DNA of 51,674 nt from NCBI RefSeq assembly GCF_001194135.2, contig NC_068986.1, positions 80,032,875-80,084,548 on the forward strand, in the 5' to 3' direction. The translations under genes were made by a program, and so were the position numbers. This DNA is from Octopus bimaculoides (taxonomy: Eukaryota). This document shows positions 1 to 12,179 of the stretch, piece by piece. The notes under the pieces are model-generated. The model saw only the letters and a list, made by a program, of their open reading frames with translations, was not told the origin of the DNA and did no database searches. Numbering within the stretch: the stretch's first letter is position 1; each line of letters opens with the position of its first letter.

Positions 1-6
1 TATATA

Positions 7-56
<50 letters not shown>

Positions 57-57
57 C
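1..57. repeat. (TA)n microsatellite
   Basis: Direct reading; interrupted by a few CA units. Confidence 0.95.
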
Positions 58-1474
58 TGTGTTGTCACGTGCCAACCGATGATTAACACATTTGACTCGT
101 TTATTGCAATGTTATATCACGACAATGTGTATAGGTGTATATAACCGCGTGCGAATGTGTGTGTATAATGGTGTGTTTACTTCTTCTCGAGGAATGCATG
201 CATGCAAAGAAATGCAGACAATATTGAAGCTAAAAAATGCTAAGAAAGAAAGAAGGAACGAAACAAAGAAAGAACGAAAGAAAGAAGTAAATGAGTGAAT
301 GAATTAATTAGTTACACCGCTATAGGCACACATTCTTGCCCCAGGTGTTCTTTTTTGTGCGTTTTTATTATCGTCCAGAAATACAACGCTCCAATAATTT
401 TCCTTTTGACAAGATTGATTTCTTGAAAAGTTTTACCATAGATAAGAATGTTATTGAATGAAAACAAAAGACTGAATCTTGCTTTGCTAGAATGCAGCCA
501 ATTTTCCGCCATTTAAAGATACAAAATTTATACTCAAGATGATTTTATTTGAACTAAAGTGTTTATTAGAACTAGTGTGCATACTAGCAAAAGCGTGATG
601 TAGCCTCTAATAATGAATTATTGTTGGTGGTAGTGATGGAGGTGGAAAATATTTTGCCCTGCGCAGACAAAGGACCTTAGGCTGAGACTAACCCGTCTTC
701 CTTTATTTATTTATTTATTTATTTATTTATTCATTTATTATTTATTTATTTCATTTTGTAGACATAATGTATCTAGAAAAATATAATTCAATTTGACTTT
801 CTTCTTACAAACGACGAGGTGTTATTTGAGAAAGATTTGACAAGCACAGAATCCAAGCAACCTTGTGTTACGAAAATCTGTAGCATAAAGTCTTAGACGT
901 TGAATGGAATTCAATGTTTTCAACTGTAACTTTAGCATCTACCATTTTTTTAAATATTTTTTTTTTTTAGCTTTTGGGTTTTTAGAGTTGTTTTTTTTTT
1001 TGTTTTTTTTTTGCAGCTACGATGTGGCTAGGAATACATTTTTCAATGTTCCTTTATTTTCATAAAACGACAGAGTGTGATTTGAGAAAGATTTGCGTAA
1101 ATCACGCTCCAGTGTCTTCGCGTTACAAAAGTGTTGCGTTTCTGAAAATCTTGTTATAAGTTGGAATTTCGTAGCACTATTTTCTCATTGTTCCTATTAT
1201 TTTCCCGTATATTTATAGCGCTATTTTCCGATTGAACACAACATTTCCGTAATAAGGGGAATACCTCTATTTCGATCCAGTCGGATGATCGCATAGAGGC
1301 TTCCTCTTGGTCTCATGCCCTTTCAATGATTTATTATATTATCCTAAACATGAAATGCTAAAGCTATATTTATTTGCAAGTCTATTTTAACAAGATCTAC
1401 GTTTTCCCGGTCATATTTGAGGTCAGCCAAATAGTATTCTTTAGAATATCTAGACAATGTTAAGAATCTGTTTT

Positions 1475-1710
1475 GCAACCATGTGGCTTCAGGTTCAATC
1501 CCACTACGTAGTATCTTGGACAAGTTCCTTTTACTGTAGTGACGGAACCGTATGTGTGTCTTTGTGTTTGTTTTCTCTTCCCCATCTGCTTGACAACATA
1601 GCAGTTCGGTAAAAGAGAACGATAGAATAAGTAGTCGATTTGTTCGACTAAACCCTTCAAGAGAGTGCCCCAGCATGGCCGTAATCCTATGACTGAAACA
1701 AGTAAAAAAA
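1475..1710 (+). mobile_element. Degenerate, internally deleted SINE family B copy
   Basis: GGTTCAATCCCACTACG head and CCCAGCATGGCC...GACTGAAACAAGTAAAA tail match the copy at 31511-31912. Confidence 0.7.
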
Positions 1711-2008
1711 AGTTAGACGATAACTATCGTACTAAATTATTCCTTAAAATCATTTCAGAAAATGTAATCTTCCGAAACAATGTTGAGCTTAAAACTTGGA
1801 AAAATATAGAAAAAAAATATATTGTGTGGAGTTAGGAATTTTAACTATATTGCTTCCACGTACTCAAATAGTGTAATAACTAAAATTGTATATAATTTTT
1901 TTTTTACCTAATAATCATATACAATAAATTAACATACGCATGTCAGCAATAACTATTCGTTACAGTAAACGTGTTCTTATGCAACATCACAGAAAATCAA
2001 AAGACAAC

Positions 2009-2048
<40 letters not shown>

Positions 2049-2877
2049 TGTACCTGCATGTGAGTTTCTATATATATATGTAAATATGAATGTATTTACC
2101 TAAGTATGTATGTATGCATGAATATGTGTATATAGCATACATTAAAGGAAAGAAATTCACATTTTCAGCAGCTAATCTCATTACTATTCGGTTCTGGTGA
2201 CGTTCGATAAAGCCTTTCCTTGGTTAGAAAATGGACGTCTCTCTTATTGAATATACTTAGTACAGAATTGTGTAGATACAAAAGACATTATGAAAAGAAT
2301 GAAACATTGTTAACATTGGATCAATGCTAATGGCATTCGGCATACTTTAAAATGTTTATACTTCCTAGCAATATCTCTGTCCAACAATATCTGTTTGTCT
2401 ATGATTATCACTGACAAAAGTGCTAATCCTGCAGATGGCGCGACAGACTAATGTCTTTAAATAAAATAAAACACACACATACATGCACACACACAAACAC
2501 ACACACACACAGTGAATAGCAATAACTGATTTCAGACTAACTACAGGTTTTTATAATATTGTAATATTCCGTTTATCCTTATAATTAGCACGTCGTTTTA
2601 CAAATAGCGACAGTGGGAATATATGATGTAAAAGATAAACAATCTTTGTTATAAGTAGTCAATGAGAACAAAAAAATTATTGAATTTCGGCTTATGGAAA
2701 CTGACAACGTCTGAAGTTTGGTCAGTTGAGGATTAATGTTGATATTTTATGAACATTTCCCACAATACAGTTTTGCATTACTTTTAATACGATTTTTTGC
2801 CATTACTGCATAATAAAAATAGTTTCTGTGTGTGTGTGTATACCTGCATATACTCTTACATATGCACAAACACACAA

Positions 2878-2880
<3 letters not shown>

Positions 2881-2934
<54 letters not shown>
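2881..2934. repeat. (GT)n microsatellite bordering an assembly gap
   Basis: Direct reading. Confidence 0.95.
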
Positions 2935-3793
2935 NNNNNNNNNNNNNNNNNNNNNNNNNNNNNNNNNNNNNNNNNNNNNNNNNNNNNNNNNNNNNNNNNN
3001 NNNNNNNNNNNNNNNNNNNNNNNNNNNNNNNNNNNNNNNNNNNNNNNNNNNNNNNNNNNNNNNNNNNNNNNNNNNNNNNNNNNNNNNNNNNNNNNNNNNN
3101 NNNNNNNNNNNNNNNNNNNNNNNNNNNNNNNNNNNNNNNNNNNNNNNNNNNNNNNNNNNNNNNNNNNNNNNNNNNNNNNNNNNNNNNNNNNNNNNNNNNN
3201 NNNNNNNNNNNNNNNNNNNNNNNNNNNNNNNNNNNNNNNNNNNNNNNNNNNNNNNNNNNNNNNNNNNNNNNNNNNNNNNNNNNNNNNNNNNNNNNNNNNN
3301 NNNNNNNNNNNNNNNNNNNNNNNNNNNNNNNNNNNNNNNNNNNNNNNNNNNNNNNNNNNNNNNNNNNNNNNNNNNNNNNNNNNNNNNNNNNNNNNNNNNN
3401 NNNNNNNNNNNNNNNNNNNNNNNNNNNNNNNNNNNNNNNNNNNNNNNNNNNNNNNNNNNNNNNNNNNNNNNNNNNNNNNNNNNNNNNNNNNNNNNNNNNN
3501 NNNNNNNNNNNNNNNNNNNNNNNNNNNNNNNNNNNNNNNNNNNNNNNNNNNNNNNNNNNNNNNNNNNNNNNNNNNNNNNNNNNNNNNNNNNNNNNNNNNN
3601 NNNNNNNNNNNNNNNNNNNNNNNNNNNNNNNNNNNNNNNNNNNNNNNNNNNNNNNNNNNNNNNNNNNNNNNNNNNNNNNNNNNNNNNNNNNNNNNNNNNN
3701 NNNNNNNNNNNNNNNNNNNNNNNNNNNNNNNNNNNNNNNNNNNNNNNNNNNNNNNNNNNNNNNNNNNNNNNNNNNNNNNNNNNNNNNNNNNNN

Positions 3794-3934
3794 GACCTCA
3801 TCAGTGGTCCTTTGTTTCCTTCTTTCTTATGTGTGTCTCACCTTGCTAACTATCAGCCATTTTGTATATGGCTGATAGTTAGCAAGGTGAGACACACATA
3901 AGAAAGAAGGAAACAAAGGACCACTGATGAGGTC
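3794..3934. repeat. Perfect 67-bp inverted repeat with 7-nt spacer; Penelope-like inverted terminal repeat
   Basis: 3794-3860 is the exact reverse complement of 3868-3934. The left arm is cut by the gap and the right arm runs into a hammerhead motif. Confidence 0.9.
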
Positions 3935-3960
3935 ACAGAAGTGTGACGAAAGAACTCTGG
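3921..3960 (+). ncRNA. Minimal type I hammerhead ribozyme motif
   Basis: CCA-CTGATGA-G-GTCAC(AGAAGT)GTGAC-GAAA-GAAC-TC-TGG: both core boxes, 5-bp helix II, 3-bp helix I (CCA/TGG), minimal helix III. Confidence 0.7.
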
Positions 3961-4068
3961 CCGAAATAAGATTAAGATTAATGTAATATAAAGCTGAAGC
4001 AAATTAACACCAAATATGCAGTGCGTGTGTTTTTATTGGCTAAACTGGCAATATGACCATCCCCAAGT

Positions 4069-4103
<35 letters not shown>

Positions 4104-4632
4104 CTATGTAGTTAGGGTTGAAATCCAAGTTACGTCTTCTTAAAGCACATCTGCTTATTCAAGTATTGCTATTCTGCATGTAGAGTTGAAAATCCTGGAA
4201 ATATTATTTTTACAGAAACTAGGTATCAAAACAGAAGTTGGAAAAATATTTTGATATTATTTATTCACCATTACATATGTAAAGTAAATATATGTAAGTA
4301 AAATATATGTTTACATATATAAACATACGTAAGTAAAAAGTAAAGACCCCCTTTGGCCATGAATGATCGGACTCACTACCTCATGATCGGACTCACTACC
4401 TCATGATTCTGAGCCCAACATCGATAAACTAAGTACCAGTTGCGTACTGGGGTCGACCAAATCGACTGGCCTCTCCCCCAAAACATTTCAGGCCTTGTGC
4501 CTATACTAGAAAGGATATATGTGCGTATATGTATATACACGTATTACTCTCTCTCTTTCTCTCCTTTCTGTTCTCCCAAATTTGTTTTTCATTCTCTCCC
4601 AGTTATCTGATTACTAACTAACCATCTCTATA

Positions 4633-4820
4633 CGGCGACGAGCGAGCAGAATTTTTACTGCGCCGATCAAAATGCTTAGGGGCATTTCGTCCGTCTTTAT
4701 GTTCTGAGCTCAAATTCCGCTGAGGTCGACTTTGCCTTTTATACATTCGTGGATCGATAAAATCTGGGGTCGATGCAATCGACTCACCCCTTCCCCGAAA
4801 TTGCTGGCATTCAAGTTCAG
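4633..4820 (+). mobile_element. SINE family A copy (a 3' half also at about 4420-4515)
   Basis: Matches 27748-27961 (GAGCTCAAATTCCGCTGAGGTCGACTTTGCC...GGGGTCGAT). Confidence 0.75.
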
Positions 4821-4959
4821 GTTTATACCTGTAATTATTGATGCACTAGGATTTGTAACACACTACCCAAATATCAATCTTGAGAAATTAGAATTCTCAA
4901 AACTAGAAAGGAGAAAGCTGATTCGAAGACTACAGATCTGTAAATCTCTCCAGAAGTTT

Positions 4960-5156
4960 ATCATTTAAGTATATATGAGCATGTCTAGGTGTGCAAGTAG
5001 ATGCATGAGAAGACATGCATAAGACAAAACATAAAAATCTGCACGTATACATACATACAAAAATGCCCTGTTGATGTTGTTGAAATTCCAATGATGGAGC
5101 CTTGGATCTAGGTTACAAACTGGCTCTTTCTCTGTTGGCAAGAAATTTTGAAATAA

Positions 5157-5160
<4 letters not shown>
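4960..5160. repeat. Unclassified interspersed repeat, second copy near 51500-51625
   Basis: Shared AAATCTGCAC...CCCTGTTG...GTTGAAATTCCA...GAGCCTTGGATCTAGGTTA...GGCTCT blocks. Confidence 0.7.
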
Positions 5161-5208
<48 letters not shown>

Positions 5209-5807
5209 NNNNNNNNNNNNNNNNNNNNNNNNNNNNNNNNNNNNNNNNNNNNNNNNNNNNNNNNNNNNNNNNNNNNNNNNNNNNNNNNNNNNNNNNNNNN
5301 NNNNNNNNNNNNNNNNNNNNNNNNNNNNNNNNNNNNNNNNNNNNNNNNNNNNNNNNNNNNNNNNNNNNNNNNNNNNNNNNNNNNNNNNNNNNNNNNNNNN
5401 NNNNNNNNNNNNNNNNNNNNNNNNNNNNNNNNNNNNNNNNNNNNNNNNNNNNNNNNNNNNNNNNNNNNNNNNNNNNNNNNNNNNNNNNNNNNNNNNNNNN
5501 NNNNNNNNNNNNNNNNNNNNNNNNNNNNNNNNNNNNNNNNNNNNNNNNNNNNNNNNNNNNNNNNNNNNNNNNNNNNNNNNNNNNNNNNNNNNNNNNNNNN
5601 NNNNNNNNNNNNNNNNNNNNNNNNNNNNNNNNNNNNNNNNNNNNNNNNNNNNNNNNNNNNNNNNNNNNNNNNNNNNNNNNNNNNNNNNNNNNNNTGCGTG
5701 TGTGTGTGTGTGTGTGCTATATGTGTGTGTGTATGCTATATATGGGTGTGTGTGTGTGCTATATATGTGTGTGTGTGTGTGCTATATATATGTGTGTGTG
5801 TGTGTGC

Positions 5808-5861
<54 letters not shown>

Positions 5862-6813
5862 AAAGAGACATTGTTAGCAAGTGGAATTGTTGACATGATA
5901 ACAGACTAAACCTGATATTTGTCTATCTACCCATCTATCTATCCACCTATCTAGCTGTCTATTTATGTAATTATCAAACTACCTATTTATCTATGTATTT
6001 ATCTATCTAACTAGCTAGTTTTTAATTTATTTATCTATTTTTTATCTATCTATCTACTTATCTACCTATTTATCTATCTGCCCATTCATGTTGCTGTCTA
6101 TCTATCCAGCTAGCCACTCTATTTTCTTAGCTATCTAACTATGTATCCAGTAATACATCTATCTGTCTATAATATCGATTTGAGTGTCAACAAAATGCTA
6201 TTTCAAAACTTTGCATCTGTTTATTTTTGTTTCTATGTCTATAAATATGTATTTATCTATATATTGCCCAATTTTTATCACTGAAACAGCTAGATTTTTA
6301 TCGTAACAAAAATAAAAACGAAACTTTGTGAAGTGAGTTGAAATACAAAAGAGCTTTCAATTTGTTACAAACGACACAAGTGATTTGATATTTCTAAATC
6401 TCTCGTAGAATTTTGTACTTTCAGCCTCAATCCTTATAAGAGATGAAGATGCATCCAATGTAATTTTAGCAAGTCAGGATGTCTTTTAAAATATCCATCA
6501 TATAGGTAAATACAAATTATTCTGAAAATCTGACGACCTTTTGTCGTATTTAGAAACATTAAGTTGCAACAGAATCTTTATAATTCCTTAAATATTATTA
6601 AGAAAATGAAGATTTTTTTTTTTGTACTCAAAATGTAACTAAAGTGGTATTTAGGAATATTGACGAAATGAAGTAGGGATTTGACAGTTGATTGAACATA
6701 CTTCAAATATTTAGAGTCAAATATACTATTAGGTATTTTCCAATAACATTCTTGCGTGTGTCATCAGCTTCGAGTAGTCACCTTCTCTCGCTCTCACGCA
6801 CACAAACACATAT

Positions 6814-6887
<74 letters not shown>
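6814..6887. repeat. (AGT)n microsatellite
   Basis: Direct reading; source of the poly-Ser ORF. Confidence 0.95.
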
Positions 6888-7422
6888 TCGCTTGGGCATA
6901 GCAATACTAATAACCCGGTGTTAGAATTCAATATACATATGCTTCAGAAAAAGCCTCAATAGCTTAGAGCAGAAACGACTGTAAGCTAATGTACTTATCC
7001 AGTTGTCTTTCGTAAAAATGAAAGATTCGTATTAAAATCTATTTTGTTATTCGTATTCCTTTATTAGCTTAGGCATAATTTGCGTGGTTTGCCTTCACGC
7101 AGAAAACGCCGTTGTAGTAGAATTTATCTTGTTAACAAACCGTAAGCGATGATTCTTAGCGAAAAACCCGCAAACTGATTTCTATTTCCATTTGGAATGA
7201 CTTATCATACATCATCAGTGACCTGGAGAAAAGGTATGAATATCACAACCCTGCACTTCAATTTCGAAATCTACGTATGATAAAGTTCTTGCGATGTCGG
7301 TTCTTTGACCGAGGAGTCGATAGTAATTCTTAATCGTTTAATATCTAGAGCAGTCATGGCACGCCAAACGAAATATTACCCTTGTCGCATGTCTCATGAA
7401 TCCTCGTCTTAAAAATGATTAC

Positions 7423-7632
7423 CCATACCTGATCTAGAGAGCCAAGATAAGATCTACTTCTAAATTTCCATTGTTCTGGTTGTTTCTCGATTTTGTGATG
7501 AATGCTCCCCTCTTCAAAACCACCGAACATATCCCTTCTCTCTCTTATTTAATTCGGAACGAATCACAATAAATGAATTAATGAATTCTCAAAGTGTCTT
7601 GAATATTATGTTTAATCATAGAATAAAATTAA
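7423..7632 (+). repeat. Left arm of a 210-bp inverted repeat
   Basis: Reverse complement of 8653-8862 with one mismatch by manual alignment. Confidence 0.9.
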
Positions 7633-7960
7633 TTAACTGGAGTTAACTGTAATATCCAAATTCGTGAACAGCTGCTTATAGATTGAGCAGGTTCGAAATT
7701 CGGGATCATGGATCTTGCACTGTGTGTTTTTTTATTTTCTATTCTTCATATCGTAGAGAAAGAAAGAGATAGGGACAGAGACAGAGAGAGGGAAAGTGGC
7801 AGGAGGATAGAGAGATACACAGAAGCAGACAGAGAGAATGAGTGTGTGAGTGACAAAGCAAGTGAGACAAAATTAGCAAAAAGCACTAAAATAGTGTGAG
7901 AAGCAATAAAGGGTAGAGAGATGACGTTTAAAACAATTTGAAAGAAATAAGAAATAAGGT

Positions 7961-8000
7961 GTACAGCTTTGTTAGAGGCTTAAGGCCTCCATCTTCAGGC
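7961..8000 (-). ncRNA. Decayed Penelope-type hammerhead remnant
   Basis: Minus strand reads GC-CTGAAGA-T-G-GAGGC(CTTAA)GCCTC-TAACAAAGC; first box and helix II present, GAAA box disrupted. Confidence 0.35.
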
Positions 8001-8259
8001 AAGTTGAAGAAACACAACTTATGACTTAGAAAGTAGAAAAAGATATATTCTACGTATTGAAAAGAAAATTGACAAAGTTTTAAATATCTTGTATACTTTA
8101 ACATCAAAATACGTTTCACAGGAATATATATATAAAAACACCCTCTAGTAAAATACGTAACTTTTTTCTTTTACAAAAGCGGTAGAGAGTATAATGTGTC
8201 AGTATACCAATAAAGAAAATAAGGTTTCACAGTAAAGATTATTTTTCTTCTATTCTCAG

Positions 8260-8356
8260 ATGTACTTTTATCTAAAGTTAGGTTACGTTTTCGTTTGGAG
8301 ATTTCTAATGATAACAGTACACGAAGGATTTCAAATAAAGAAGACTGCATGTCTCA
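8260..8356 (+). other. Exon-like 97-nt segment of unknown gene
   Basis: Acceptor ATTATTTTTCTTCTATTCTCAG and donor GTGAGT; two open frames (MYFYLKLGYVFVWRFLMITVHEGFQIKKTACL or VLLSKVRLRFRLEISNDNSTRRISNKEDCMS). No homology recognised. Confidence 0.25.
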
Positions 8357-8652
8357 GTGAGTGGGAGGAAAATAAAATTATTTCTATTATCTCATTGTTT
8401 TCTTTTTTATATATATTTGTTTATTTATTGAAGAGTTAGTATAGGTGGGAGAAAGCGAGAAAGCGTGTGTAGGCCAAAGTGGGATAGAGAGTAAGAGAGA
8501 GAAATACAGAGATTAAGCGATTGACATTTTGGCTGTTTTGTTTCGTTTCATTACGTTGTGAGTTCAACTTTGCTCTTCCATCTTTCCAATGTCATTACTA
8601 TTGTTCAAACAGAACTGTATCGAAAGCATTCCCTCTGTGACCATCCTGTCTT

Positions 8653-8862
8653 TTAATTTTATTCTATGATTAAACATAATATTCAAGACACTTTGAGAAT
8701 TCATTAATTCATTTATTGTGATTCGTTCCGAATTAAATAAGAGAGAGAAGGGATATGTTCGGTGGTTTTGAAGAGGGGAGCATTCATCACAAAATCAAGA
8801 AACAACCAGAACAATGGAAATTTAGAAGTAGATCTTATCTTGGCTCTCTAGATCAGGTATGG
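8653..8862 (-). repeat. Right arm of the 210-bp inverted repeat
   Basis: Pairs with 7423-7632. Confidence 0.9.
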
Positions 8863-10202
8863 ACAACCATTTTTAAGTGCATTACATGATTTGTCCTTTT
8901 CTGTTTTTTTTTTTAGCCAATATTATTTGACGGACATTTGGTTGTTATTTCTCGAGAAAACGAGCCTCTTTGACCCGAAGTCTTCAAAGTCAAAATGTCT
9001 TTCTTTTCTTTAACACGACAGAGTGTGATGGGAGAGAGATTTTGCGGCCATACCTAATTGGTGGAGCGATCGTCTAAAGATTTCAGCGATGACTCCTGCC
9101 AATAAAAGTGTTTTTACATATAGCGAAATTAAATATTAATAATTGCTTGCATTTGTTCGTGCTTCTACCCACCTCTTTCTTTCGCTCTCTTGTATTCCCT
9201 TCCCTCCCTATCTTGGTATATATNNNNNNNNNNNNNNNNNNNNNNNNNNNNNNNNNNNNNNNNNNNNNNNNNNNNNNNNNNNNNNNNNNNNNNNNNNNNN
9301 NNNNNNNNNNNNNNNNNNNNNNNNNNNNNNNNNNNNNNNNNNNNNNNNNNNNNNNNNNNNNNNNNNNNNNNNNNNNNNNNNNNNNNNNNNNNNNNNNNNN
9401 NNNNNNNNNNNNNNNNNNNNNNNNNNNNNNNNNNNNNNNNNNNNNNNNNNNNNNNNNNNNNNNNNNNNNNNNNNNNNNNNNNNNNNNNNNNNNNNNNNNN
9501 NNNNNNNNNNNNNNNNNNNNNNNNNNNNNNNNNNNNNNNNNNNNNNNNNNNNNNNNNNNNNNNNNNNNNNNNNNNNNNNNNNNNNNNNNNNNNNNNNNNN
9601 NNNNNNNNNNNNNNNNNNNNNNNNNNNNNNNNNNNNNNNNNNNNNNNNNNNNNNNNNNNNNNNNNNNNNNNNNNNNNNNNNNNNNNNNNNNNNNNNNNNN
9701 NNNNNNNNNNNNNNNNNNNNNNNNNNNNNNNNNNNNNNNNNNNNNNNNNNNNTTTGAAGACATTTGTAACTGAAGTTAAAAAAAAACATAGTAATTAGAA
9801 AGAGCATAAGCTATAGCTTTTTCTTTTTTTAATGCACAAACTATTGAAATTATTTTTTTTCTGTGCCTCTGATTAAAATTTTCGAAAAACAAACCCTGCC
9901 ACATTACTTGGAAAAAAATAATCTTTATTGTGCCGGTTTTTCGTAAAATTTCGCGCATGGGAAAGTCAACAAAATCGCCCCTCCCCACTTTGAATGGGAT
10001 ATTCCTATCTTAAAAAGTAATAATCGATTATTTCGGTAACCATGGGAGTTGGGGGGCAATAAAAATCTCCTGAACATGAGCGGACCATGCTGCCGCACTG
10101 TGCTGAATTTCATGCGATTCCACTGCACCGTTCTCGAGTGAATCTGCCGACACTCAATCAATCAATCAATCGATCAAGCAATGAAGAACACTGCAATTTA
10201 TA

Positions 10203-10270
<68 letters not shown>

Positions 10271-11221
10271 TAGATGGACTCTCCCGTCGAAGACGACGTA
10301 TGAGCGCTCAGCCTTTGCACAACTGATTTGTTCATAGTGATCAAATGTATGTGTCATACATTAGCTCACTCCCTCCATCAAATCGACGTTGCCTGAACAG
10401 GTACACAGTGTACCACGCGTCAGGTGTCGAAGTGATCGCAGAGCAACGTGAGAGGAAGTGTCTTTTTCCACAAGAACACAAGGCACCACTCGGTCTAGGA
10501 ACTGAAACCCCGATCTAGCGATCGTAAGTGCAACACCCTAGCCACTAGGTCATGCATCCTATATATATATANNNNNNNNNNNNNNNNNNNNNNNNNNNNN
10601 NNNNNNNNNNNNNNNNNNNNNNNNNNNNNNNNNNNNNNNNNNNNNNNNNNNNNNNNNNNNNNNNNNNNNNNNNNNNNNNNNNNNNNNNNNNNNNNNNNNN
10701 NNNNATATATGCACACACACACACACACACTAAAATAGAATTTTCCAGTAATCTTTTTGAAATAAATGAATGAACTGGTCTCGCAATGTCGTCACCAAAA
10801 CAAGTTTATTTTATAAAACTTTATCCTATTTACAGGTTGAATACACACTACTTTCGCATATGTAGAATATCTTTGATACTTCTGGAATTCCTCGTACCTT
10901 TAGGACTCCCCATCCCAATTTGATGTCAAAGGTTTTTCTCTTGTGATGATAAAGACTGTTCTAAAGTCTTTTGACTTTGTATCCACAAAATGACTTTTCA
11001 TGTCCCCCTGAATCACCGAACGATGGAAACATTTTCCCCTTCACCTTAATTTAATTTCCAATTTATTTTTCTAATATATTTCATTTATTTTTCTAATGCA
11101 TTTATTGGATATACTTCGTTTTAGCGAAATTTTTCTCCCCTCCTCTTCATAACAAATATCTGTTCTGACCTAAACCCTTAACTTTTCATGCGCTTTAGTT
11201 TCCCGTTTTTACTCTTCCTAC

Positions 11222-11267
<46 letters not shown>

Positions 11268-11975
11268 ATATAACCTAAGATTTTCTGCAAGCTCTATTGC
11301 ATACCACTCCTTTTGCAAGATAAGACAGCCTTGCACTCATCATTACAGACACTCTTTCGTTTTACCTCCAATCCTCCCCTATTTCTTCCCTAATATTTTC
11401 TCTTTCCGTCTCTATTTTAAGCTAGTTTTACTGTCGCACTCTTTTTCCTTTTTCCTTCCATATCAAAATATTTCCCTTTGGGATTACTGCTTATATCATG
11501 GTAAATAAAATCGTCGCATTTCTCACCGACTCTTTTCCCTATCTTTCATTTTTTTTCCTTCCTTCCTACACTTCCAACCATCTCTCTCATATACATTTCT
11601 TTATATTAATATTCCCTTATTTTCTAATATGTCTCCTTCTATATTTTTTCTCTTGCTTTTCCTCAATATTTCACTTATAGGGAATCTAGGTTTATAGGCA
11701 TGACATCATATGTCACAAATAGAATATTACTTTTATAGAAAGCTAAGTTTTCAACAAAAGCATCAACTTTGCAATAACACCAGACTAAGTCTTTAGAAAA
11801 GAATATTAGGTATTTCTATTCTTGTTACTACAATGAAGTCTAGGTTTTAAGAACATCTTTCTTACGTTTGCATGAATACACACAAGGGCACAAAGGCACA
11901 CACGTATACATCTGTCCCTCTCCATTCTCATTCTCTCAATATATATACATGTGTGTATTTGTATAGGTGTGTGTT

Positions 11976-12007
<32 letters not shown>

Positions 12008-12179
12008 CTGATATTTATATATATAATATATATATGTGTATATATATATATATTTTTTTCATATAGTTTCAGCTTAGAGCTGCGGCCACGCTGATGCACC
12101 GCCGTGTTGCAGTAACTGGTCCTGAAGCGCGATGGCATTGCTGGGATCTTTGGCACTATGCAGTGTCGTCCCGTTCTGT

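Noticed and set aside
7100-7230. LRIIAYGLL peptide resembling a calcium-channel S2 segment
   Set aside because: Flanked by stops, with no other channel motifs or usable splice sites.
9776-10150. Possible DNA-transposon terminus; also short inverted motifs at about 28375-28770
   Set aside because: No matching second terminus or TSD could be defined.
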